DNA of 12,913 bases from Candidatus Asgardarchaeum abyssi (GCA_040225955.1 JBECUL010000055.1:1-12913), one strand, 5' to 3'. Shown: positions 1 through 8,246, counted from the stretch's first letter. The notes: generated by a model from the letters alone, not told the origin. Translations and numbers: made by a program.

Positions 1-77
1 GATAACTTTGTGTTTTTGGGGCATACTCTACTCATCATCGTACCCCCTTTTTAAATCACCCATTCTCGGATGTTACC
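1..77 (-). mobile_element. Left end of an insertion sequence (IS1-family-like), continuing off the window start
   Basis: The minus strand reads GGTAACATCCGAGAATGGGTGATTTAA from 77, then GGGGGT and ATGs (ATG at 24 gives MPQKHKVI..., running off the window). The same end recurs at 2605-2631 (24/27 identical). MNT homology starts abruptly right after position 77. The family call rests only on the GGTAA-type terminus. Confidence 0.6.
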
Positions 78-169
78 GGAAAGTTGATATTTTAACCTCT
101 GATGGAATTGAGTCGATAAGATTGGAACATGTTAAGGAAGAGATAAAAAGGAGTGTTGAATATGCATAA
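78..169 (+). pseudogene. mntA: C-terminal remnant of a minimal nucleotidyltransferase (MNT/MntA) antitoxin, cut by the IS end
   Basis: The frame reads (R)KVDILTSDGIESIRLEHVKEEIKRSVEYA*, a typical MNT C-terminus (KVD.LT). Its stop at 167-169 overlaps the hepT ATG at 162. Confidence 0.8.
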
Positions 170-416
170 GCGAGGAGATAAAGAGTTTTTAATGGATATG
201 CTTATCTCATGTGAAAAGATAATGAAATATACGGAGAATCTGTCTTATGAGGGTTTCAAGAAGAATGATATGGTTATTGATGCTGTTGTAAGAAACATTG
301 AAATTTTAGGAGAAGCTTCTAAAAGTATCTCAGATGAGTTAAAAGAGAAATATCCTGAAATTGAGTGGCGGGAGATTTCGAGAACGAGAGATAAAATAAT
401 TCATTTTTACTTTGGG

Positions 417-610
417 GTTCAGTGAATGTCCGCATTGGTGAGCGAACATCCACCTTGGGCCACATCAGCCTCAGCTCCCTCTGGGTTCATAGGGAGCAAG
501 TCATCGGTCTCGACCCCGTTCAGGGTAACCCCATAAGCCCCACATCGCAGCATCCTTTCACATTGCGGTGTCCTTTCGGTGCTTTACCCCCACCACATTC
601 GGACACTATC
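417..610 (-). ncRNA. Putative structured guide-scaffold RNA (omega-RNA-like), about 190 nt
   Basis: A 5'/3' closing helix pairs 589-607 with 425-442, with G.U pairs that form only on the minus strand. Internal hairpins include GCTCCCT-10nt-AGGGAGC (474-497) and CC-GAAA-GG. It lies just downstream of a BRE/TATA-like element. Confidence 0.5.
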
Positions 611-635
611 TTAATACTCACAAATGCTCATAAAA

Positions 636-650
636 TATTTAACTGTTTCG
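636..650 (-). promoter_or_regulatory. Archaeal BRE/TATA-like promoter inside the insertion
   Basis: The minus strand reads CGAAACAG-TTAAATA. Standard spacing puts the start near 610-612, at the beginning of the closing helix. Confidence 0.45.
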
Positions 651-1026
651 GAAGGCGTTGATCTTGATATAATATGGGATATAATAACCGTGGATATTCC
701 CTCTCTAAGGAAAAAGCTTAAGAGGATATTGAAAAAAGAGGGTTGGGAAACATGAGACTCATAACAAAGAGGTTCAATTTATTATTTATAATACTTCCTA
801 AATTAATTTAATCATAAGAAATAATAATAGATTGTGTTATTCGTGATGGTGCTCAAGACATTCTTAAAGCTTTTAGAAAAAATTGGCATAGGTCTACAAA
901 TGTAGCAGAAGACATCGATACCATAGCAAAATGAGCCTGAGGGTTAATTTACGATATCTATTATTATTGTTTTTTATTCATCCATGTTTTCAATTATGAT
1001 ATTTCTTAGTTTTTAGTCATTCTTTC

Positions 1027-2292
1027 TCATACGATAATAATATCCTTAGCACACTTAATGAAATCCCTCAGTTTCTGCTCAAGCACTCTTGGTTCATGAT
1101 AGTTTTGGTCTCTCCACCCAGCATGGTTTATATCGTTTCTAAAATCACCCATGTTGCGCCATAATTCTAAAATACTATTTGGTATTTGTTCGTATTTACA
1201 ATTTAACATGACCTCGGCAATCACTCTGTTCTCTTTCTTTGTGAGCTCTTCATTTTTCAAATTTTTTATTATTACATAATTAGTAATTGTCTCGCGTAGG
1301 ATCGTATAACCTTGTTGAATTAGACCATGCTCTAGACACCAAGACGCAACATCCAGTCCACAATATACTTCATTTTCTATATTCATGGCGGAGAATCTTT
1401 CTCTTATCTTTTCAAATAGAGGGCCAAAAGGTCTTAGTCTTCCTAATTCTTTTTCTGCATCTGGTAGGGCTTCTAAAATTCTTTCTATAGCACATTTTAA
1501 TTCTGGGCCGCGGCAAGTGGACACTCTCTCTGAAAAGTAATTCAGCGAGTTAATTAAATTTTTAAGTCCCTTCCCCTTTTCTCCTTTGGTCTCTGCAAGT
1601 AGGGGCTTTAATTCTATAAGTCCTAATTCTTTTATCATACGAGCGTTTCCAGTTTCTAAAAATCTCTCAATGGCAACAGTCCAGTCAAATAATCTTACGA
1701 AGGAGGTAAGATCAAATATGGGTATTATTCTTTCTTTTATAGGAATATCTTTGACCTCATTATAATTTCCTAATGCTTCCATGGCACCATAAACAATTTT
1801 TTCTATCTTTACGCTTTTTACGAACTTTACATAGTTTAAGATTACTAAAGTTAGCATCGGAAGATAGCGATAGCTATGGGTAATATCAAAAATTATAGTG
1901 TCACCTTCATCAATTTTGCTGTTAATTTTTTCAAAAATGTTCCATATTTCATTCTCACTTTTACCATCTGGGATTTCAATATTTTCTATGCATATATTTA
2001 GGTTAAATTCTTCTCTGATTTCCTCCAATCTTTCTCTGAGGCCTTTTTCAAAGTTTGCGTTAGGAAAATCTTTCTTGCTGTACCAGTTTTTCTTTTTCGA
2101 TTCCTCCGTTAGGAAAATGATGATGCTATCGTCTTCACACCAGTCTTTGCAGAAAAATCTAATAAGTGCTTCTTGAATAAATTGACATGGTTCATCTGTT
2201 TGTTTATCCTCATATGAATAAAATGCTTCTATATACTTGGTTGGTCCAATAAAACTTAATAATTTATTGCTACTCAAATGTATATTCACCAC
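1027..2292 (-). CDS. csx1: CRISPR-associated CARF-HEPN ribonuclease Csx1 (TM1812/TIGR02221 type, also annotated Csx2)
   Basis: N-terminal LLSFIG..Y, IPDGKSENEIW.IF, CARF motif FDITHSYRYLP, DLTSF..LFDW, and C-terminal HEPN RNDINH (RX4H). The start may be the GTG at 2289 after GAGGTG. Confidence 0.92.
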   Translation of the reverse strand: MVNIHLSSNKLLSFIGPTKYIEAFYSYEDKQTDEPCQFIQEALIRFFCKDWCEDDSIIIFLTEESKKKNWYSKKDFPNANFEKGLRERLEEIREEFNLNICIENIEIPDGKSENEIWNIFEKINSKIDEGDTIIFDITHSYRYLPMLTLVILNYVKFVKSVKIEKIVYGAMEALGNYNEVKDIPIKERIIPIFDLTSFVRLFDWTVAIERFLETGNARMIKELGLIELKPLLAETKGEKGKGLKNLINSLNYFSERVSTCRGPELKCAIERILEALPDAEKELGRLRPFGPLFEKIRERFSAMNIENEVYCGLDVASWCLEHGLIQQGYTILRETITNYVIIKNLKNEELTKKENRVIAEVMLNCKYEQIPNSILELWRNMGDFRNDINHAGWRDQNYHEPRVLEQKLRDFIKCAKDIIIV

Positions 2293-2535
2293 CTCAACTT
2301 CTCACATATTTTTTATATTATCAAAAACCAACTAACTTTCATCACAACATTAAAAAGAAATTAAAAAATTAGGTTAACGAATATCACCGTTGTTGTACTT
2401 TATTCATTAAGAAACATTAATGATGATAGCCGATTTTAAAAAGTATTTTTCCATAAGAAAAGCTACCTGCTACCTCTATTCATCGAGGGTTTAGTATAAT
2501 ATAATGTTGGAAATTTCTAATAAATTTTTCGAGCT

Positions 2536-2631
2536 GGTAAAATCCGGGGAGATAATTATAAATGAATCATCATAACTTCTTAACTCCTATGTAATAAAAC
2601 GTTGTTATATCATCCATTCTTGGATGTTACC
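2536..2631. mobile_element. 96-bp MITE-like element with IS1-like imperfect terminal inverted repeats
   Basis: Starts GGTAAAATCC and ends GGATGTTACC (reverse complement GGTAACATCC, 9/10 match). 2605-2631 matches the IS end at 51-77 at 24/27. No target-site duplication is visible. Confidence 0.7.
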
Positions 2632-2653
2632 TTAATAACTCTTATATTTTGGT

Positions 2654-3040
2654 TTGAGGGATTTAGAAGATTTATCTTTATTTAAGATTAGGATGTCGTA
2701 TGAGAAAGTTAAAACAAAAAGGGAATTCGTTGCAGAGAAAAAGAAGGAATTTGGGACACATGGTGAGACTATTAAGAGATGGTTTTCTGAATATGTATAT
2801 AAAGAGAAAGAGAGAAATATGGACGAAAAGAAAGGAGGTATTTTATCATCAATGAAATATATTCTAAGTGCTGGTGGTCTTACAGCATCACTCACGGTTG
2901 TTTCCCAGTTATTGTCATATATAAATGCATTGCCTAATTTACAATTGATAGGACCGTTAACTTTCTCTTTTCCTGTAGCTGTAGTAACTACTGTTACATC
3001 ACTTGCTTTAGTATTCATATATTCAACTTCTAGAAAATAA
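2654..3040 (+). CDS. Hypothetical protein: charged N-terminus and two predicted C-terminal transmembrane helices
   Basis: 128-aa ORF (alternative ATG at 2693). Hydrophobic stretches are YILSAGGLTASLTVVSQLLSYI and LIGPLTFSFPVAVVTTVTSLALVFIY, with a basic C-terminal tail (RK). Confidence 0.55.
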   Translation: MRDLEDLSLFKIRMSYEKVKTKREFVAEKKKEFGTHGETIKRWFSEYVYKEKERNMDEKKGGILSSMKYILSAGGLTASLTVVSQLLSYINALPNLQLIGPLTFSFPVAVVTTVTSLALVFIYSTSRK

Positions 3041-3424
3041 GCTAATTAGGAAGTGGTTTGATGTTTTTATTACATTATACGAACTTGTAGTAAGGTTATT
3101 ACTTTATTTTTACCCAGTGCAAATATTTTTCACATGTAACTTTTTTTAAATAATTATTAAGTTTTAATTAAAAATGTTATTGGCTATTAAAGAGGAGAGT
3201 ATAGAATAATATCCAAAAAGATAAAATTAGCCTTAGTATATTAATAATATGGATTTTTTTAGTTGATTTTTTAAAAATAAGAGTTCTCGTGTTCAAAAAA
3301 ACGATATAAGGACTTGATATTAGATATTTCATATTAATTAGTTATTTTTAAATAAATTAAGATTCAACTATGTTAATTTAGTTTTTGATTATTTGAATTG
3401 GTTTATACTTTTCTGGTGATCACA

Positions 3425-5950
3425 ATGGCTATTATCCGTGGGCTTTTAGTTCCAGACGTTTCTACTGGCAGGTTGCAGAAAGTAATTATGTTAAACGAGC
3501 TTGACATTGAAGCTTTTGCTGCTAATGTCTTTAGTGAAATATCACTATTATGGACCAGGCGATGGAAGGATGTTGAAAATGTGATAATTAAAGATGCTAA
3601 AGGATTAAGTGATTTTGTAAAGCTATGTATGGCATATTTTATGTACGGCGAATCATCTAAGATTCAGAAAGATATTGCGGAAGAAATTTTTAAGGAATTG
3701 GGGCTTGGTGATGAAATTAACAAGAGTGAAATAAACATAGAGAAAAATGTTTACTTTTTTAGAATGATACCATCAGATACCAGATTTGGGGCTAATACAA
3801 CATCGCTTTTGTATCACTCAAAAGTTGTTATGGCAATCGTTTCCGCATTAAGCTTTAATAAATTGTCAGAGGAAGATTTTCAGATATTGAGAATAGCTGC
3901 ATTGTTTCATGATATTGGAAAACCATTTAACTGGGCAAGACACGATGAAGAAGGTGCCAAGATTTTTGAAAGGTTTTTTGGGAAAATTTTTGATGAAAAA
4001 TATAAAGAGAGAATTAAGCAGCTAATTTCAAATCATCATAAAGATATTGCTGATGATCCGCTTATTAAATATCTTCGTATGGCTGATGTATTTGAATCCG
4101 CTCAAAATAGGCTTTCTTCACTTATTGAATTTATAATGAACCTTGATAGTTATAAAGAGAAACATAGAGATATGGTTGGGCAGGAATTTAACATTAATGA
4201 CTATATTAAGAGATATCATGTTATTTATAATTTAGAAGCTACTAAAGAACTAACTGATATCTTTCTCACTGCGATTCAAGATCGTAATGTTTTGGGGCAA
4301 TTCTTTAAAAATTTTATAGAGCATGACCCTCTTAGAACTTATAATGAAGAAAGCGCAGATGCGGATTTCTCCTTTTATATGGTGAAGGGTGATGCTCGTG
4401 GAATAAAGAAGTTTGTTGATGGAAGTATACTAATACGTGAATTGCGTGGAGGAAGTGTTCTTGTATCTGAAGCGCAAAAGAAGGCTGTTTTGGAACTTAT
4501 AAATAATAATATGCCTCTTGAGTTTGTAATATATGTTGGAGGCGGAAATATAGTTTTTATCGCTCCTGTTAAAGATATAGAAAAATACATCAATGTAGCT
4601 AGACAGGCTTTTGAGGAAACTGCAAAAGGTGTCAAAATAACTTTTGCGAAAATGTTAATAGATATTAAAAAACTTGATAAGGTTCCTTTTGGTGCTATCT
4701 GGCAGATTTTGAATCAAAAGTTGGGATTAGAAAAGAGACGAATTACAATGAAAGAATCAAAAATAATCCCTGGGGGATTAAGGCCTTGTGATTCATGCAG
4801 AATTAACCTAGCTACTAAAATGTATCCACGTGGTGAAGATGCATTCTATTATTGTGATAATTGTTATTCTAAGGTCTGTGAAGGAGAATCATCAATCAAA
4901 AGATTAGCTGAGGAGTTTGTAAAGGTAGATGCTTTAGGTACCTTTGAGGAGTTCTCAATTATTAGTGAGCATCTTATGGAATTTATAGCTGGAGCCGATA
5001 TAGAAACGCTAAAATTATTAGATGAAAAAGAAAAGGAATATGAACTTCCTAATTTGATGGTTATGAAAGCAGATGGAAATTTGATGGGTGAATTTTTTGC
5101 ATGGAGTATATCGCTTCATGAGATTATTGAGAAAAGTGGTCTAGCAGATTTGGCAATTGCGAAAATAATAGAAAAAGTTTATGATTTTTTAAGTAGAATA
5201 GACAGATACATGCCTTTGCGATTTAGGTTGGGTCAAATATATTCTGATGGAGATGATATTTTATGGTTATTGCCAAGTGAGGTTGCTTTTCAAATAGCAT
5301 TTATAGTTGTTAATGAATTTTACAGAAGAATGGGTTATCTAAAACGGATGAGTGTAGCCTTAGTATCGTTTCATCCAAAGTTTCCTTTGCCAGTTGCAAT
5401 AAAAATTGCTGATAATTTATTAAGTCTTACAAAGAGTAAAACCAGAAAATATGAGATTTTAACAAATGATAGTGATAATATATGTGGCTGGATTGATTTT
5501 GAAATTATTGAGGGTGGAGGTTTTACTCCTGAAAGCCTTAAAAATATAAGAGAGAACATAGGATTGCTTACAAGAAGGCCATATCCAGTTAAATTGAAGA
5601 GAAGTTTGTTGGATCTTGATGATTTTGCTAATCTCTTTAATTATGTTACTGGGATTAATGTTGATTTTTGTGGTAGATTAAGTAAGGATATGCGCGAATA
5701 CATGAAGTCAAATGTCAGAGTTTTTCGTCGCGTTCTAGAGTACTTATCCCTTGAAATGCCTTATGATGATGCAAGACGAATTGCAATTGCATATTGTATT
5801 AGGCAAATTGGACGGTTTAAGGATAACTTAGAGAGACGTAAAAATTATGAAATTGCTCTTACTTTACTTGAACCAGAAAAATTAGGTAAGGATATTCCAA
5901 TAAAACTTCTTGACGGATATGTCTTGTTGAAAATTTTATTGGGAGGCTAA
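3425..5950 (+). CDS. cas10: Cas10 large subunit (HD nuclease, two Palm domains, Zn finger), III-D-like; Palm2 motif reads DGDD
   Basis: PSDTR..N..L.YH, FHDIGK, HH and AD (HD domain); KGDARGIKKF and IYVGGGN (Palm1); CDSC..CDNC; MKADGNLMG and YSDGDD (Palm2). The ATG at 3425 follows GGTGAT and is preferred to 3398. Confidence 0.95.
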   Translation: MAIIRGLLVPDVSTGRLQKVIMLNELDIEAFAANVFSEISLLWTRRWKDVENVIIKDAKGLSDFVKLCMAYFMYGESSKIQKDIAEEIFKELGLGDEINKSEINIEKNVYFFRMIPSDTRFGANTTSLLYHSKVVMAIVSALSFNKLSEEDFQILRIAALFHDIGKPFNWARHDEEGAKIFERFFGKIFDEKYKERIKQLISNHHKDIADDPLIKYLRMADVFESAQNRLSSLIEFIMNLDSYKEKHRDMVGQEFNINDYIKRYHVIYNLEATKELTDIFLTAIQDRNVLGQFFKNFIEHDPLRTYNEESADADFSFYMVKGDARGIKKFVDGSILIRELRGGSVLVSEAQKKAVLELINNNMPLEFVIYVGGGNIVFIAPVKDIEKYINVARQAFEETAKGVKITFAKMLIDIKKLDKVPFGAIWQILNQKLGLEKRRITMKESKIIPGGLRPCDSCRINLATKMYPRGEDAFYYCDNCYSKVCEGESSIKRLAEEFVKVDALGTFEEFSIISEHLMEFIAGADIETLKLLDEKEKEYELPNLMVMKADGNLMGEFFAWSISLHEIIEKSGLADLAIAKIIEKVYDFLSRIDRYMPLRFRLGQIYSDGDDILWLLPSEVAFQIAFIVVNEFYRRMGYLKRMSVALVSFHPKFPLPVAIKIADNLLSLTKSKTRKYEILTNDSDNICGWIDFEIIEGGGFTPESLKNIRENIGLLTRRPYPVKLKRSLLDLDDFANLFNYVTGINVDFCGRLSKDMREYMKSNVRVFRRVLEYLSLEMPYDDARRIAIAYCIRQIGRFKDNLERRKNYEIALTLLEPEKLGKDIPIKLLDGYVLLKILLGG

Positions 5951-5956
5951 AGGTAA

Positions 5957-6640
5957 ATGGGTGACTTACATACAATAGAGTATGAGATTATAGCTCTATC
6001 GAAATTACATATAGGCTGTGGTATGCTCCCAGAGTTACCTACTAGTCCGAAACCAGTATATAGAGTTTACTCGCAAGATGGGCATGTCATTAAGTTAATG
6101 ATACCAGGAAGTACTCTCAAAGGGATCACTCGACATATTGCTGATAAGTTATCATCTGTGTATGGATATTCTTCATGTAAATCTGTAAAACCTGAAGAAA
6201 TTGTAGATCAACATAGAAAGATGGGTGGCAAATGTGATGTTTGCAATCTATTTGGTACACCAGGTGGTTATTCTTCTAAAATATATTTCTTGGATGCTTT
6301 TGCAAACATTTCCCCAAAGCTTCTTGATATGTATACAGGGATATTAATTGACCGTAGTAAAATGGTGGTTCGTGAGAAACATCTTTATAGCTATGAGATA
6401 ATTCCAGCTGGTACAAAGTTTCATGGAAGTATAATAACCTATGGGTTTACAGAATTGGATTGGAAAATATTGCTGATTGCGCTTTCAGAAATTCCATATG
6501 AGGGAATAGGGTTAAGGCGAGGGGATGTGGACTTTAAGATAGTAAAGATAACACCAGATTTATCAAACGAACTAGTCTCCAAAATTAAAAACTGGTTAGG
6601 TGATAGATATGAAAGCATTTTTAGTGAAGTTAAAAAATGA
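5957..6640 (+). CDS. csm3: Cas7-group RAMP (Csm3-like), probably non-catalytic
   Basis: LHIG, IPGSTLKG..R, C..C.LFG, IYFLDA and LYSYEIIPAG motifs. No Asp at the usual catalytic position and a degenerate G-rich loop. Confidence 0.85.
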   Translation: MGDLHTIEYEIIALSKLHIGCGMLPELPTSPKPVYRVYSQDGHVIKLMIPGSTLKGITRHIADKLSSVYGYSSCKSVKPEEIVDQHRKMGGKCDVCNLFGTPGGYSSKIYFLDAFANISPKLLDMYTGILIDRSKMVVREKHLYSYEIIPAGTKFHGSIITYGFTELDWKILLIALSEIPYEGIGLRRGDVDFKIVKITPDLSNELVSKIKNWLGDRYESIFSEVKK

Positions 6641-7799
6641 AAGTTTGCTTCAGGTAGGTAGTCATGAAATTTCTAGGTTTATGTATTTTAGTCAAAATTT
6701 TATACCCTCTCAAACTTTGAGAGGTGCTTTAGCATATGCTTTCTTTCAAGAGGTTTGCACTAAAAGTACAAATAAATGTTTAGGAGATAAATGCCCCGAT
6801 AAAGATAAATGTCCATTTTTTGAGGTATTTAACAAGCCAAGTCTGTTTTTAACTCCTGCTTATCCTATTGATGAAACTTGCTCCTTTATTACGGTACCTG
6901 CTCAGTTTATTTCAAAGTGCAAAGTATGCGGTAAAGTGTTTAATATGGTTCCATATATGCTATCCTCACTTTTTGAGAAAAGATCAAAAATATTGATTCA
7001 CACAGCTCAATTTAATGGCGAATCTCATACTTGTGGGTTAACAACATTGAAAGCTTGTAGCTCAGCATATTATTGTTTGGGAAATGGTACTATTGTTGAT
7101 CCTCCTAGGAAGCAAAGCAAGGTATCGATTGGTATTAACAGGAAAAGAGCTGCAGCTGAGGAAGGTATGCTATATCTCTATGAAGGTATAAGACCCAAGC
7201 AACATTTCTCTTCCTTAATATTTACACTAAGTGATGTCTTCGCAGAGTTTCTTAAGAATTTAGATAAAGAAACAATATTTATAGGAAGAGGAAAAAGTAG
7301 AGGTTTTGGTGTAACAAGAGTCATGGTAAGCCGAGTTAATTTCTCTATAGAGAAAAGGGCGGAAGAAATCCTTAATGCTGTACTTTTCGAAAACACTATT
7401 GTTGGTATCGCTTTATCGCATATTTTTAATTTTCAGATTAATGACAAGGGCGATATAATAACTACTTCAATTTTTGACATAAATAAGGCCATTAGAAATG
7501 CTGTAAACACGCTAGGTATAAACATAACCATGAAAAATGAGTTTGAGATTTTGGATATTTTTGGTTCTATTTCCTACATAGGCGGTTGGAGTCTAATGAG
7601 CATGCAACCTAGAACTAAGATTCAAGTAGCCTTACCTGGTTCTGTCTATGTTATTCGTGCTAAAGAGAACATAACATTTGACGATGCTATAGGTTTAGCA
7701 TGTTTAGAAATAGTTGGAGGATCACCGTTTATAAATTCTGGTTTCAATCGCCTCTATTTTGCTAATAAGAATTTGTTAACTAATATGATTATAACTTAA
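6609..7799 (+). CDS. csx10: Cas5-group RAMP (Csx10/Csm4-like) with Cys-rich insertions
   Basis: FIPSQTLRGAL, FLTPAYP, IGINRKR.AAEEGMLY.YE, IGRGKSRGFG, GGWS, PGSVY and GFN motifs. The ATG at 6609 follows AGGTGA. Confidence 0.8.
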   Translation: MKAFLVKLKNESLLQVGSHEISRFMYFSQNFIPSQTLRGALAYAFFQEVCTKSTNKCLGDKCPDKDKCPFFEVFNKPSLFLTPAYPIDETCSFITVPAQFISKCKVCGKVFNMVPYMLSSLFEKRSKILIHTAQFNGESHTCGLTTLKACSSAYYCLGNGTIVDPPRKQSKVSIGINRKRAAAEEGMLYLYEGIRPKQHFSSLIFTLSDVFAEFLKNLDKETIFIGRGKSRGFGVTRVMVSRVNFSIEKRAEEILNAVLFENTIVGIALSHIFNFQINDKGDIITTSIFDINKAIRNAVNTLGINITMKNEFEILDIFGSISYIGGWSLMSMQPRTKIQVALPGSVYVIRAKENITFDDAIGLACLEIVGGSPFINSGFNRLYFANKNLLTNMIIT

Positions 7800-7814
7800 T
7801 TAGGAGGTAGATAA

Positions 7815-8234
7815 ATGTCTGAGGGTATAAAAAATTTGGGGTTTAAAGAAATTTTAGATAAATCTGCCAAGTCTGCCGTTTTAGCAAAGATAGGTGGAGC
7901 TTCTGCCAGTCAGATAAGCAACTTGCTTTCTGTTCTTGAAGCTGAGAGAGGAGAAGACGCAGTTTATCTTTTAATTGCTTATATTGCTAGACAAACCAAA
8001 CGAGGTGAGATTTCAGAAGCCTTTGCAAGAGATATTATTGGAAATTTACAACAGTTCTTATCTTTAAAGAAGTCGTCAGAAACTATTGTAGAGACCGTAA
8101 GACAATACCTTGGCCTAATAAAGTGGATTTTCGATTCAATGAGGGACATAAGAGATAGAAGGCAAATAAGGCATGTGAATAATTTCGAGGAATTCATAAA
8201 TGAAGTATTTCTTCCAAATTTAAGAAGTAGGTAG
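7815..8234 (+). CDS. csm2: Cas11 small subunit (Csm2-like)
   Basis: 139-aa helical-looking protein with LIAYIARQ..RG and YLGLIKWIF motifs. It sits between the Cas5 and Cas7 genes and has a strong GGAGGT RBS. Confidence 0.75.
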   Translation: MSEGIKNLGFKEILDKSAKSAVLAKIGGASASQISNLLSVLEAERGEDAVYLLIAYIARQTKRGEISEAFARDIIGNLQQFLSLKKSSETIVETVRQYLGLIKWIFDSMRDIRDRRQIRHVNNFEEFINEVFLPNLRSR

Positions 8235-8246
8235 GAGCGTGATATA

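Larger units (their letters stand above)
417..656 (-). mobile_element. 240-bp non-autonomous insertion, probably an IS200/IS605- or IS607-family (TnpB-type) mini-element
   Basis: Boundaries are fixed by the reconstructed hepT frame (417-656, or 420-659 because GTT occurs at both junctions). It is GC-rich relative to its flanks and has no true terminal inverted repeats. The minus strand contains GATGTGGGGCTTATGGGGTTACCCTGAACGGGG...CCTATGAACCC and ends ...TTCACTGAAC, resembling the 3' ends of archaeal tnpB elements. The insertion itself is clear; the family is recalled resemblance. Confidence 0.8.
162..755 (+). pseudogene. hepT: HepT/DUF86 HEPN ribonuclease toxin interrupted by a 240-bp insertion
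   Basis: Motifs DAVVRNIEILGEA, PEIEW and RDKIIHFY (RX4HXY). Removing 417-656 restores ...HFYFGVDLDIIWDIITVDIPSLRKKLKRILKKEGWET*, a 117-aa ORF. The insert puts an in-frame TGA at 423-425. Confidence 0.9.

Noticed and set aside
153-425. 90-aa ORF as a complete HepT
   Set aside because: It is the truncated 5' part. The true C-terminus lies at 657-755 and the likely start is the ATG at 162.
417-659. Insertion as an archaeal BHB or self-splicing intron, or GTT as a true target-site duplication
   Set aside because: No bulge-helix-bulge is apparent at the junctions and the pairing favours the antisense strand. GTT at both junctions is equally explained by an element end (GAAC) resembling its target (CAAC). 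Not fully excluded without RT-PCR.
422-661. 79-aa ORF on the + strand
   Set aside because: It coincides with the GC-rich 240-bp insertion, has an unprotein-like composition and is better explained as a chance frame opposite a structured RNA.
1332-1344. 13-bp exact repeat CTAGACACCAAGA, also at 12785-12797
   Set aside because: About one such match is expected by chance in 13 kb, and it does not extend.
3041-3424. AT-rich intergenic region as a CRISPR leader or degenerate array
   Set aside because: No regularly spaced repeats found. Short palindromes such as TTTTAATTAAAA are expected at this AT content. It probably holds the operon promoter, but I cannot place it.
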